From positions 844-64,843 of IMG/VR virus record IMGVR_UViG_3300005605_000002: 64,000 nucleotides of DNA; one strand, written 5' to 3'. Made by a program: the position numbers and the translations under genes. How positions within the stretch are numbered: position 1 is the stretch's first letter; every line of letters begins with the position of its first letter. Positions 48,152 to 61,600 of the stretch are shown here, in pieces. Under the pieces are notes generated by a model. It did no database searches, was not told where the DNA came from, and was given only the letters and a program-made list of their open reading frames with translations. Origin of the DNA: a virus. Taxonomy: Duplodnaviria > Caudoviricetes.

Positions 48152-49966
48152 TTACCATAAGCCGCCGCTGGAGCTTACATCTCCATTAAAGACCCAAGTC
48201 GTTCCAACAACTATAAACCGCTTTAACCCTCTAGTAATACTTGCTGTAGTTGTTCCTGATGCATCATTAAATGCAATATCTTGTAATACACTTTCGTTCT
48301 GTACACCATTTGAATCAACAGATATGAATGATTTATTTGCTACTGATCCAATATCAATACCTGTTACGTTTACCGCGGCATGTGAAACCGTTATAACGTA
48401 AGCGAATGATCCAACTTTTTTGTTTCCTGCTGGATAAACATCTTCAATAATCGTGGCTATCTGAGCATTTGTTGGACTATCTGATATATCTAAGTTCATA
48501 ACAACAGGTTCTTGATTTATCTGATCATCTACATAAAACTTTGTAGCAACTGATGTATTAGTTGTAGGCTCAGCTACTCCTGTAATTTCTTGGTTATTTG
48601 TAATATTAATAGCACCCGTACTAGTAATTTGTAATCCGCTACCACTAGTTGAAATAGTAGTACTATCAAGGGTAATATTATCAACACTTAAAGTAGTAAG
48701 TGTACCTACTTGCGTTAATCCAGTTGCTGTAGTTACTGATGAATGTAATTCTGTCTTGTCTAGTACTTCTGTACCATCAATGAAATAACCTTTTGTCGCG
48801 GCTAAATCTATATTTTCCGAACTTCTCCATGCTTGAGTTGAATTTTGCCATAAAATTTCTTTGTCTATTTGTGATGATTTAAGTACAATACCACCACCAT
48901 CTACTCCAGCATTATTAAGTACAGTACTATCGCTTGTTATTCCTAATTCAATATTCTTATCTTCTACTCTTAAATTCTGTACTTCAACATTAAATTGAGT
49001 ACCACCAATTAGAAAGTCACCATCAACTTTCATATCACCGCCTACATGAAGTGCGTATTGTGGATCTGTTTTAAAAACTCCACAATGTTCTTCTGATGTA
49101 TCAACTACTAAAGCATCTATAAAGCCTGTTGGTTTTCTAACCCTAACTTTCCAATCATGATTAGATAGTTGATTTTCGCTAACAAATGATGTTCCTACTA
49201 CTTTTAAAATATTATTTTGTGCTAAGCCAATTGTAAGACCGCCGGAATTTTGTACAGTTAATGTACCCGTTGTAGTTGATGCCGTATCTGCAGAAAGAAA
49301 TTTTTCTGCTGATCTAACATTTCCTAAACTATCTCTTAATGCACTAGCTTGGTCGGCAATGCCTCTAAATCTAAAGTCAGTTAGTGAAACAGGAGTATAC
49401 CCTGGTTTAATATCACCTGTAATTCCAGCAATAGTATAACCAATTGCCGGTGTAAATTCTGTATTACTCCATACACCTACTGTAGTTCCAGCTATGTTCC
49501 ATTTTATTACTATTTGACTATTATTAAATGTATCAATGAGCGTAACAACTTCAGGCCCAGTTTTCTTTTGTGCTGTAGTATAAATCGGCCCTGCTAATTC
49601 TAGTTGCGAACCATCATAAAAATAAAGTTGGTTATCATCACTGTCAATCCAAAGATCTCCAGCGACCATTCCCGTCGGTGAAGCAGGTTGTACACTTGGT
49701 GCTCCGCTAGTTCTAAAACCTACACCGTCATATACTTTTACTCTTTGGGTTGCTGTATCATACCAAAGCTGTCCTATTAAAGGATTGCTAGGTGCTGAAG
49801 ATTTAGCAAAATTCTCCAACATCTTGATTAAGTTTTCGTTTAAGGACTCGCCAAAGCCTGAATAATTCTTTCCAATTAAAGAAATATCTGTTGTTGTTGT
49901 ATCTAATTGGCCGTCAACTAAATCAACTAATAAACTTCCATCACTTTTGTTTAATTTATAACTCAT
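48152..49966 (-). CDS. tail fibre protein
   Basis: Same N-terminal module; beta-rich G/T/S shaft. Confidence 0.8.
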   Translation of the reverse strand: MSYKLNKSDGSLLVDLVDGQLDTTTTDISLIGKNYSGFGESLNENLIKMLENFAKSSAPSNPLIGQLWYDTATQRVKVYDGVGFRTSGAPSVQPASPTGMVAGDLWIDSDDNQLYFYDGSQLELAGPIYTTAQKKTGPEVVTLIDTFNNSQIVIKWNIAGTTVGVWSNTEFTPAIGYTIAGITGDIKPGYTPVSLTDFRFRGIADQASALRDSLGNVRSAEKFLSADTASTTTGTLTVQNSGGLTIGLAQNNILKVVGTSFVSENQLSNHDWKVRVRKPTGFIDALVVDTSEEHCGVFKTDPQYALHVGGDMKVDGDFLIGGTQFNVEVQNLRVEDKNIELGITSDSTVLNNAGVDGGGIVLKSSQIDKEILWQNSTQAWRSSENIDLAATKGYFIDGTEVLDKTELHSSVTTATGLTQVGTLTTLSVDNITLDSTTISTSGSGLQITSTGAINITNNQEITGVAEPTTNTSVATKFYVDDQINQEPVVMNLDISDSPTNAQIATIIEDVYPAGNKKVGSFAYVITVSHAAVNVTGIDIGSVANKSFISVDSNGVQNESVLQDIAFNDASGTTTASITRGLKRFIVVGTTWVFNGDVSSSGGLW

Positions 49967-51987
49967 TATGCCGCCTCACCTGCATATATGATATAGTTAA
50001 TAGTCATATATGGATTCATAATATCTAATGCTTGTCCAATAGTTTGTCCTGTTAATACACCACCACTAGTTGGAAAGGCTTGTCCTGCTCCTGTTCCAGT
50101 TGGTGCATCATATTGAATTGCTTCTGCATCGTTAGGTGCTCCAGAAACATCTCTAATAGCATAATATTGATCACCACTATTTCCACGTAAATCATGTTCG
50201 TGTTCTGGTAAGTTAGTAAGTGTTACAGATTGCTGTTGTTGTCCTGAATGTGTTCCAATGTTATCAGCCGCTGAACTTGTAACTGTATTAGCACTAGTGC
50301 CGCCCATGTTATCTGCACCTAACGGCATTCTGCCTCTTAAATCAGGTAAACAAAAATATCCACCTGTAACTAGTGTTTGATCTTTAAAGTTATATCCTAT
50401 TGCATCATATAAATTCTGATAAACTCCAATTAATACTTCTCGCCCATCACAAATTAACCAATTAGCTGGCGGTAATAATCCACCGTATGGAGCGAGCATT
50501 CCAATAGGTATAGTTGGAATAGCTGAAAACAAAATATTCCTATTAACTTTAAATACGCCAGTATCTCCACTTACTCTATTAATTAAAAATTCATCATCAG
50601 CTTGAGTTGTAGAAGAATCTGTTTTATTAGCAATAAAAGTATTTGCAATTGACGTTGTAAACGTTTTAGTACTTTCGTCTTGTCCATCAAATGTAAATGA
50701 TGTTGCTGAAACATCTCCAGTCATTTGGAATGTTGTTGGACTTGCTAACTTATCTGCAGATCCTGAACGACCACTAACTGTACCTGTAACATTTCCTGTT
50801 AAGTTACCATGGAATGTTTGTGAATAAACATTTAACCATTGTTCATTAGTTGTTCCTAAATTACGTGCATTTGTTACATTTGGTACAATATTCTGTGTTG
50901 TAAGTAATCCTGCAACATTTGTATCACCACCAACAAATAATTTTTTAGCTATTCCTACGCCACCTTTAGTTGTAATACTACCTGTACTAATAGTTGACGA
51001 CTCTGTTGTGCCTTCAACTAATAAATTACTATCAGTTTGAATATTACCTATAACATCTAATGCTTGATCTGGCGATAAATTATTAATTCCTACTCTAGCT
51101 TGTGAATCAACTCTAATAACTGTTTTAATTGTACCAGCATCATTAACTCTTACATCAATATTAGATCCTGATGTTTGGTGAGCAATAATACCTGCTTGGC
51201 CTTCAACGCCAATTGACATAGCACTATCGGCTCCAACAATAACACCATTATTATTTTTAATTTTAAGTGCAAATAAACTTGTACTTGTTATATCATTTCT
51301 TAAAAAGCTAGAAGCAGGTACGTTAGTACCAGCAATAATTAAATTTTCTGCCTTTTCTGCTACTCCATAATATTTTCCTGCACCGTCGCCTGTAATATCT
51401 GCTGTACTTAAATTATAACCTGGATTAATAGTAGTAAATCCAGAAATAACAATCTTAGGTACAAATGTATCTGTAGCAATAATTGCCACCGTTTTTGCTT
51501 TAACTTCTACTTGTAAAATTGTATAAGAAACATTATCAGTTCCTGTAATGACTGATGGTTTAATACCTGTTGCTAATCCATCACTAAATGTTGGACCTAC
51601 TAAAATCCATCCTGAACCTGTATAAAGATAAAGTTGTTGATTATCTGTATCAACCCAAAGGTCGCCTATAACTGATTGGTTTGCGGCAGGTTCATTAGTT
51701 GCTTTTTTTAATCCACTTGCAGATATCCAATTTGTACCATCATAAATTTTTAATTGATCAACACCTACTGTAGTATCATACCACAACTGGCCTTCAACTG
51801 GATTTCTTGGGGAAGTATTAAAAGCAAAGTTTTCTAATAAATGCAAAAAATTATCTGCAATAGCAGTACCATATGCTGTAGTATTACGTCCTGGGATATC
51901 TAAACTTGTAACCTGATTAATAGTATTATCTTCAACTGTAATAGTACCTTTATTAGCTAGGTCTGTATGTGATACTGTATATGCCAT
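49966..51987 (-). CDS. tail fibre protein with tail-collar domain
   Basis: Same N-terminal module; PIG..WLICDG..PDLRGR collar; HEH and NPYMTINYII tip. Confidence 0.85.
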   Translation of the reverse strand: MAYTVSHTDLANKGTITVEDNTINQVTSLDIPGRNTTAYGTAIADNFLHLLENFAFNTSPRNPVEGQLWYDTTVGVDQLKIYDGTNWISASGLKKATNEPAANQSVIGDLWVDTDNQQLYLYTGSGWILVGPTFSDGLATGIKPSVITGTDNVSYTILQVEVKAKTVAIIATDTFVPKIVISGFTTINPGYNLSTADITGDGAGKYYGVAEKAENLIIAGTNVPASSFLRNDITSTSLFALKIKNNNGVIVGADSAMSIGVEGQAGIIAHQTSGSNIDVRVNDAGTIKTVIRVDSQARVGINNLSPDQALDVIGNIQTDSNLLVEGTTESSTISTGSITTKGGVGIAKKLFVGGDTNVAGLLTTQNIVPNVTNARNLGTTNEQWLNVYSQTFHGNLTGNVTGTVSGRSGSADKLASPTTFQMTGDVSATSFTFDGQDESTKTFTTSIANTFIANKTDSSTTQADDEFLINRVSGDTGVFKVNRNILFSAIPTIPIGMLAPYGGLLPPANWLICDGREVLIGVYQNLYDAIGYNFKDQTLVTGGYFCLPDLRGRMPLGADNMGGTSANTVTSSAADNIGTHSGQQQQSVTLTNLPEHEHDLRGNSGDQYYAIRDVSGAPNDAEAIQYDAPTGTGAGQAFPTSGGVLTGQTIGQALDIMNPYMTINYIIYAGEAA

Positions 51988-51994
51988 TTTCTAT

Positions 51995-52609
51995 TTACGC
52001 CTCATTAAAGCCAGTTAGACTTTGTACCCTTACGGTATAATCAATTTGAATTAATCTATTTAAACTCTTTTGTACAGGGTGGAAAATTACATGTGTTAGT
52101 AATCGTCCTGTACCAGATTTTGCATAACTAACAAGTCCAAGCTCGTCAAATACATATAAACTCTCGGCACCTGTTGCATTATCAATTGCATCTTGTCCGC
52201 TAGGTTCGCCATAGTCTAGCAAACAAGTTGCTAAAATATCTGTATAGTTTGTACCACTAACGTGCCGTGTTTCTAGCGTATTCCTAGTAGGATCCGTATT
52301 ATTAATTGAATTATCGTCAATTACTTTAGTATACGTTTGGTTGTATAAACTAGCATTTGTACCTGTTGAATTTGGTGACAAATATGTAATAATACCTGTA
52401 GGATCAACAGATGTTCCGCCGTTGCCAAATACCATGCTACTAACAAAGCCTTGGCCCTGATTTGCTAAACTTTCAGCTAATGCAATACTCATATTCTCAT
52501 AATGGATTGCATTACGTTTATCCACAAGTATTTCGCCCGTTTCCGGATTGTGTATTTTGATGTGTCCTTGTAAAAGCACACCGTTTTGTTCTTTAATATT
52601 GTCTATCAT
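51995..52609 (-). CDS. putative baseplate/structural protein
   Basis: 204 aa between the giant structural gene and fibres; FDELGL..THVIFHPVQKS. Confidence 0.6.
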   Translation of the reverse strand: MIDNIKEQNGVLLQGHIKIHNPETGEILVDKRNAIHYENMSIALAESLANQGQGFVSSMVFGNGGTSVDPTGIITYLSPNSTGTNASLYNQTYTKVIDDNSINNTDPTRNTLETRHVSGTNYTDILATCLLDYGEPSGQDAIDNATGAESLYVFDELGLVSYAKSGTGRLLTHVIFHPVQKSLNRLIQIDYTVRVQSLTGFNEA

Positions 52610-52631
52610 ATTTTATATCCTACTAGTGTAT

Positions 52632-55600
52632 TTATTTAGGTAACGTAACCTCTTGACTTCTTAAGAAACGTGCTATGTTATTTTCCTGCCTATGTAAAGG
52701 AATTCCTGATTCAGTCCAGGTTCTTCCTATCCTTCTTATCACTACAATTTTGCTATTAATAGCCGGTGTATCTAATAATGTTACTGTAGAAGTTGTACCA
52801 TCTACACTAAATTCAGCTGGTAATGTAATATCACCCTCTGGACTATCTAAATCACTAGTTACATCAAATGAACTAATAGCTGTTTTACGCAATCTTTTTC
52901 CTGCTACAAAAATTTCAAAATCATTAACAGACTTTGGAATAAAATCAACTGTAATACCTTTTGTTGACCCGTCCGCATCAAATACTTGCGTTAACGTTTC
53001 ATCTTTGTATGGCATTGTTTGCATTAAAGACTGATCAAATACGTCTGATCCTGCCTTGTGTAACTCTGCAATACCTGTACCTAACGTGCCTCTACGTAAC
53101 TGCCTTATTGCTCCATTTTCTTTCAAATAATACTCAATACGCTCGCCATTTATAAACAGTATACCAGGAATGCCTTTGTCTTTATTTGGAGCTGGCAAAC
53201 TCTCGTAATTTGTTACAAAAATCTTACTATCTGACCAATTTAAGTCTTCTGCTAATGTGTATTTATTATTATCTCCAAGACGTTTATAATGGGTTCTATT
53301 AAGCATATCTTTAAAGATTCTAAACCCAAATTTTGGAACAATAACGTTATTTGTAAAGTGAATTACCTCTATCTTATCGTTAGGATTAATATCAACTACA
53401 ATTCTAATATGCTTCTTATCATCAGTAACATAGTACTCAATACTAGGAGTTAATAATACTTTATTCAATGTAACCCATACATATTCAGCATCAAAGGCTT
53501 CTTCACGTAATCTAATAATGCCTTTAGTTAACTGATGATATTCTACATAGGAGTCTGTTCCTAGTGTAACTGCATTTCTTGCCACAATATCAAATGATTC
53601 TCTTTCAATCTTTCTAACATCATGCTTACTAAATTGATAGATTGTTAGTAGATCACCATTAGCCGGAGCAGTATCTAAATAAACTTCATTTGGTGTTTTA
53701 ACAAATAAACTTGTTTCACTATCAAAGTAACCCATTTGATAATCACCGCTATCAATTACAAAAATTTCTAACTTATCTCCGATTTTTCCGGTATTTTCAA
53801 ATAAGACAACTGATCCGTTAAACGAATCCCATCGGTATGTAGTACCTTGAGCTAATTCAACTCCATTTAAAAATGCTTTAACATTTTCAGCACTAACTGT
53901 AGCTGTTGAAATTTGCCATTGACGTAATTGATATTCGCGTTGTGATACTACTGTATATTGTTCATTGTATCCTGCATTTAAAATTTGATTTCCAAGTTTA
54001 ACTACAATATTTTGGCTAGTTGGCTCACTAGTAAATGGTACCTGAGCTAACTCAAATTTCTTATTAATAGCATTACCAGTAAAACTATCTGTTGTCATTT
54101 GACTAAATGTTTTTGTAGTACTATCATAAATTACATATTCAACTATAGCGCCATTATTTGGAACTGTTCCTAATTTAAAAACAACTCTACCTTCATGCTC
54201 ATATGTACTATCAGTTTCTGCAAGAGTACTAACTATTACTTCACCATCTACTGTTAATGTATATGACAATCCGGGTTTATATAAAACCGATGTTACAAAT
54301 TGTGATGTTGAACCATCACCAATAAATCTATCAAAGTCTATAATTTTCTCACCATTGTTTGACATTGTTGAAATATGTACTGGTGAACCATCTCCTGGTG
54401 TAGTAGTAATATTAATTTTTTTAGTTTGATAATTTACAGTATATTGTGTAGTATCTAGAATTGTTCCATCTACTTTAACAAATATATCTTGTTGACTTGC
54501 TGGCAACTTAGTAACAGGAAAATCAGTAGTTACTGCATCGCCAGTATAATTATGACTACTAATAATACTTGAACCATCTGATGTTCTATCAAAAACTTTA
54601 AAATCAACTGTATCAAGAATTTGTCCTGGAACTAGTTCTTCCGGTCCTTTTGAAGTTAACTCTGTAACAAATCCATCACCGTCTACAACAATTTCTTCTG
54701 ATAAAATTCCTTTAGCTGATGTATATGCTAAATCGCCACCTTGTAATAATGTATCGTAGGCATCTGGATCAGGAATAAAACTACCGTCACTAGTTGACTT
54801 TCTAAAAATAATTGTGTCACCGTCTACAGTTGGTATTAATTCTTCGTTTATTGTTATTGTTGTTGCAATACCATCACCTACAATTGATGCCATTACTGCA
54901 TTTGGGTTGCCTGTTACACCAATACTGCTTCCGTCCCATTGTGGATCGTCTACTCTAACACCATTTTTATAAACATTATAAGTTACACCATCTTCTAAAG
55001 GATTAGCAAGTGTAAACACATTTGTACTACCGTCTAATTGAAAAACTTCATCTTCATATGTATTATCATAAGTGTCCCAAGTTGATGTATAATAAGGCTC
55101 TGAACTCCATCCTGATCCGCCACTAAAGCTAAAACTTTTAACTTCTACACCACCATAATCAATTCCATCTACAAGTTGTGCTATGTCATTTCCTAACATA
55201 CCTGATGTTGGTGCATAAAACAAGTTAATACGGTCTTGTGCATGAAGCATGTCAATTGCTTTACTATATTGTACTACAATTGTGGCATTGTTAACTGGCG
55301 GTTCAGTAAATGTTATACGTCCTTTATAACGTGTATATGTTTTAGTTGTATCTATAATATTAGCAAATGTATATTCACTTGTTAATGATTCAATACTATT
55401 AACTGTGACAGTAATTTGACTAGGCCTTAAATCCATTGGCCATGTTAAGTTAAAGTTAATTTCACTTGCATTACCTGTAAAGGTTTCGCTTTGAGTTAAT
55501 GTTGTAATTAAGAATGTTCCTGAAACTCTATCATACTTTGATATAATATGATTGCTTCGTACTTTACCATTACCTAGTTTAGCATTAACAATTGCCGCAG

Positions 55601-58600
55601 TACTGCCTTCAGACTGTGTTCCTTCTATAGTAACTGTTGGTGCTGACAAATATCCTGTGCCAACATTTGTCATTTTAATCCAAGTTATCGCCCCGCCGGC
55701 ACCAATATATGCTTGTGCTTTTGCTCCAGTGCCACCTCCGCCGGATAAAGTAACTACTGGTACTTCAAGATATCCAGTACCTCCATTTTTAATTAAAAGT
55801 GCAGTAACTTCGTATCCAATATTATCCGCCCAATATTTGTTTGGATATACTGCTAATCCTGGATCTACACCAACTAATGCATTATCTGTTACTCTTAAAG
55901 TAGACGGAACAATTCTACCATCTTCTTGAGTATAAGCTGGTGGTAAATCAAAATCAGTAATTGCAGAATTTGTAGGATTCAGTTTTGTATACGAACTTAA
56001 ATATTCCCTAACCTTAGTTTTATATGGTTTTGCTTCATTAATAAAATCTTGGTAACTAGAAAGATTATCATTTTGAAAATTAATTTTCTGCGATAAATCA
56101 CCAATATTATGTTTGGCTTTTAAAAAGCTAGACTTAAATGCCCAATCAACATATAATTGTTCGCTGAATGCATAGCGTAAACTTGCAAAAAATAATTTGT
56201 TATATTCTATTGCAAGATCATCTATAAAAATATCATCACGTAATGCTTCTAATAAAATTCTAAACTCTTGAACTGGCTGATTATCATAATCACTTGTATC
56301 ATAACTTAAACTATCATAACCTATATACCAACCTTGATAATTATACAAACTTGTAGCAAATTGAATTGTGCCATTTTCCCTACCAATTGTTGTATAGTTT
56401 GTAGTATAATCAACTGCTACTGCATTACTAGTTTTTCTTAATAATAACCAACCTCCAGAACCAACTGTTTTAATTTTAATAATATCACCAATTCTATCAT
56501 CTAATGCTGTTAACTGGTAACTTTCATCTATTAAATGAGTAAAATCAGTTGCCCAACTATAACCTTCTGCATACCAATCTTTATAATTCCAGTATTTTGT
56601 TACATCATAACTTTGACTTGATGTACGATTCCATAATAAAGTAGAAGTATCATATGCAAAAATTGACCACTTATTCTCAACTGTTTCGTCAGCTTTAACT
56701 AACGCACTAAACTTTCTAACACTAATTTTTGCGGTAGACGGATAATCTTTACCTGCATACTTAATAATTGCCGAATCTATTTTTCCTAAATTATCAATAG
56801 TTAAGGTAATGTCAGCACCAGTACCAGGCCCAGACATTAAAAACTCATAACTTGGTGGTACCTTGTATCCTCTCCCTGGGTCGGTAATTGTAACATTAAC
56901 TAGTCCACCATTTTCCCAAGTTGGCGTTAATACTGCTTGTTTTACTTTAGCTGTTCCAACAAATCTTAGTTCTTCATACGTATCTACTGTTGCATCAAAT
57001 AGTCCAGAGTTGCTAGTTGGTAAGGCTTCTAATAATTGTAACTTACTAAGATCAAACTCGTCAACAATTATATATTTTGCAAGTGTTGTATTAACACGTT
57101 CAATAAATTGTTTAACTGCCTCTAACCTATTAACAAACATTGTTTGTCTAGGAGTATTTAAAATTCCGTATTTTTCTTTAACACTTAAAGTATCATCAGG
57201 AACTAATCTAAAGTTCGGATCCCAACCAATTAAACTATCAAACCATTTATTTTCTAACTCTTTCTTAGGTTTACTTGTCGCTAATCCATCACTTATTAAT
57301 TGATATTCATTATGAATATTTGTCGGATTGTCAATAGTCCAATAACGGAAGTTAATTGCTGAAGAATCTCCTGATACTAAATTTAAACAATTATATAGAG
57401 CAAATCTATTATTTGAAAACGGTGCAATATATTGATATCCTTGTGATTGCGGATCTTCAATTAATTGTGCTACATCAAAAGCACTAGTTTTTCTAAATTC
57501 TTTCGCTGGAATAAATTTTCTATTTTTAACCCAATAATAATATTTGTTACTAAACGATTGACCAACTTTATCAAATACTTGTGCTACTACTAAAGTATTA
57601 TCGTCATACTTGGGTGTTCCACTAATACCTTTTGCTAAACCTTCTTCTGTGTCAGCTTCTTCTAACCATTGCGAAGGTTTAATGGTTGTTTCAATCCATT
57701 CATAAATATCAATTGATGCTCCTGTAAACAATCTATTCCAATTAGCTGTTTGATAAATTATATTACCTTGGTATGGATTATGATATTTTACTGTACTTAA
57801 ATCCCACCACAGTTTTCCAACATATTCATCACCCCAAAAATTGCCTTCATCAACAACTGCTGGACTTACTCCTTTAGTATAAATTGCTGGATCATAAAAT
57901 GTTTTAAAAGAAAGTTCTTCTTCGGCAGTACCTGCAATCTTTCCTTGAATAGGATCAATATAATCTATTTGCTTGGTTAATTTTTGTGTCTCTGTATTGT
58001 ATATAAAAATACCTTTATATTTTGTTATATCAACTTGATCAATTGGGGTACGTAATGTAGTCCAAGATAGTTTATTTCTATCACGTTTAAAATCAAGTAT
58101 TGTTCCCATATTATTATTAGTTGGTGTTACTGTTAATTCAGGCATAGAAACATATACATGATTATTCTTAAACAATACATTATCACCAAACCTACGTGTT
58201 GTTGGGTTATCGTAAACAAATCGTTCACTATAGATTAATGTATCATTAAATCTTTGGAACATAAGTACCTGCCCACTATCTTCATTTTTATTCTTAAATT
58301 GTGTAAGATTATTATCAAGTGTTGTAGCAACTGTAGTATTAGCATCAAATGTTGTAGTTGCAATAAGGTCACCGCCTTTTGCTGTTACAACTAAATTATT
58401 ATTATCAAAGTCTAAGCTGGCTCCGAATCTTTCTGCTACATCAGATTCTGGACTATAAAGTGTTTGAAGTAATGTATATTCGCCGCCAACTTGTTTATAA
58501 ATGTAAACTACTCCATTATCATTTTCAACAGTATCATCTAACGGGCATCCAATAGCAAGTAATGATCCGTCATCTGATATTGCTATTGACGTAGCAAATC

Positions 58601-61600
58601 CGATATTTGCAGTTGGTGTTTGTATTGCCTGGCTAAATTCATAATGTCCATTAACATCTCTATAAATTATTACCTCTGTAGTTGAGCCTGTAAATTTCGC
58701 TACAACTCCTAATATATCACCTGTTTTATTTGTTGTAAATGGTTGAGCAAAGTTAGTTAACAATGTACGATCAATAACTGTTTCACTATCAACCCCTAAG
58801 CCAGTATCATTAGGAATATAACCTACATAATCTATATGACTTGACAACAATGTCCACAATGTACTATTCCACGCACCTGCAGATAAATTAGTTCTACTTT
58901 GATAAAATAAGCCAGCATATAAAACTATATCATTTTCATAGTATATTTGTGAATCACTAAAAGTACCTTTATAATTTTTATCTTTACCTAAAGCAAAAGT
59001 AAATGTATTACCATCTGCATCTGTTCCATGATTAATAAAATATACTCTACCAGCATTGCCTATACTATTAATATCATTTGTACTAATATAAAGACGATGA
59101 TACTTGTCTTTAGTAGCAAATGATATTTGCTTGCCAAGATATTTGTTAGACCCTCTGTCAGGAACTATGTATCCATACTGGAATGAATATTGCCCATCAC
59201 GGGTTCTATTATATGTACAATACATTCCTTCGTTAGTATATGCTCCTGGTGTTCCTGCAGAATGAGTGGGAATATTATAAAACTGTTTCCAGTCTTTATT
59301 TAACGGGTGTGGATAATTCGGTGTACGTGCAATACCTGTTACTGTGCTACTGGAATAAAAATGAACTTCTAATTCATTTTGAAACGTTGACGCAGTAACT
59401 GGAAATTGCGTCGAATCGTCATTTTTAACAACAACCATTTTACCTGTCGTCGCACTATCCATATCTGCATGATCTAATCTCCCTGATAGTCTATTAACCC
59501 CTGCACTAATTCTGTCTTTAATACTAATCGTGCTAGTGGCTCCATTGTTAACTCCAAAACTAAAAGTACCTACTCTATTCTTAACATATAATCTTGCTGT
59601 TAATAATTGTTCTTGTATGTATACAACCTCAGCTGTAGCACCTGTATTATCATCAACAATTATTTCTCCTTCTAGAGGAATATAAGCATTACCACTTAAA
59701 TCAAAATTTGTAAATGTAACATCAATAAATCCACTCCATATATCAAAAATTTGATGTGATGAATCATTTAGGTATGTAAATGTTAATCCTAATGATGCTG
59801 GATCAAAAACTGAAATTGGATCTACTCCGCCTTTAATAGTATTAACTCTTATATTAAATGTGTCACCATTATTTGCAGTATCAGTAAATAATTTAGGAGA
59901 TCGTAAAAACCACAATTCACTTAAATTTGGAAGACCATTTTTATCATAATAACTTAGATGTCCTAAGCGGCCGCCTTTTGTAGGATCTGAAATTTGATTT
60001 AATGCATATACTTCATCCATTGTATTACTAAACGGAACTGGTGATCTTGATTCAGCTTGTGTAATATAATCTTGCATTATAAGATTTGGTATTGTAATGT
60101 CTTGAGCTGATGCAAGTAAAGAAGTAGTAAATGCTGGCAATCCGTCAATCTTCCACCAGCCCCCAAATGTACCACTAGCATCAGTTGGATTAATTAATGT
60201 ATATGTACCACAACTATTTGCATTTAAGAAAATTGTATCAGACGTATCAAATTGTCCGCTAACATTTTCCATATAAATGATTGCTTTATTAGTATCACTA
60301 ATACGAATATATGATACCTCACCAAGTGCTGACGAAGATGAAAGTGAATCGCCAACTACTGGAATTCTTATTAAGTTATCAACATACAATATTTGATCAA
60401 TCTTTGACGTAATTGTTTTAGATCCTTCAACTGCTGATACTCCAGGACCTGTTGAACCCCATGGTAAAACTCCACTTGGATAATTTTGTGAATACTGATT
60501 CCAGTTAAGTTGTATTGTATCGCCAGCCGCAGAGCCGGCAAATTGTGTAATAGGTGCTCTAACTAAAATGTGTGTTGTAGAAACCTCTAAATTATAGTCA
60601 CCTCGTATTGCATATACTATTGGAGGATACGAATTTGTTCCTGTATTATAATTTGCATCATGAAGAACTGCTGTTGAATAAAAACTAGGAAAAGTTAACG
60701 CTCCTGTTGATCCTGTAATTGGATATTGAGCTTCCCAATATGTTTCAAGATGTGATACAACATCTGTTGTTACATATGATGTTCCAATATTAAAAGCACC
60801 TTTAAATTTAGTTTTTACATTACTAGCATTTGGAGCCCCAATAACTAGATAATCTCCGTCATCAGTTAATGCAAGACTTGATCCAAAATTTCCTGTTCCG
60901 CTATATAAGTCTGTTGGAGCAAGTATTTCTTGAGATAGATTATAATTTACATTATCAGATGCTCTTAAGTAAACATATACTTTCTCTTTTGTTTCTGCCG
61001 CAACAACTAAAATAGTATTCCTGTCATTTGATGCAATAACTTTGCCAAACCCATCGCCGGGATAATCTGCTGTTTCTGGATTTGATAGTATTTGGTGTGA
61101 GCTATAAACTGGAGTATTTTGTAATACTATCCAACGAGATGAATCATCATCGTCAACCCAAATTAGTTCTCCTGCCTTTAATTCAGTATTAAGAACTTTA
61201 GAATTTGCTTCTGTTAAATTAGTTACTCTTGATGAAGTAAACTGTGTAATAAATCCGTTTGCTGTTTCCACATCTGCTGTAGTGCCGTTTTGATAACAAA
61301 TTAAATTATCTAATGATACTTCTTTAACTTTAAAGAATTTTTCTGCACCTGTAACATCTAATACACCTATAATTTCATTTACGGTATATCTAGCTTGAGT
61401 ATTAAGTTTAAAAGTTGTTGTGCCAGCATCATCATCTGAAGTTACAACTAATACTCTGTCTGTAGTACTAACATACTTAACAACATCCCATGTTACACCA
61501 CGTAGTCCTACCCATATATAATCACCAACATTTAAATCTGTAATAGATTGAGATAAAATATCATCATAAGTAGCAACTGTTAATTTAACATCTGCTTCAT

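Noticed and set aside
45707-51987. Diversity-generating retroelement or invertible tail-fibre cassette
   Set aside because: No reverse transcriptase or invertase and no near-identical template/variable repeat pair noticed in this window
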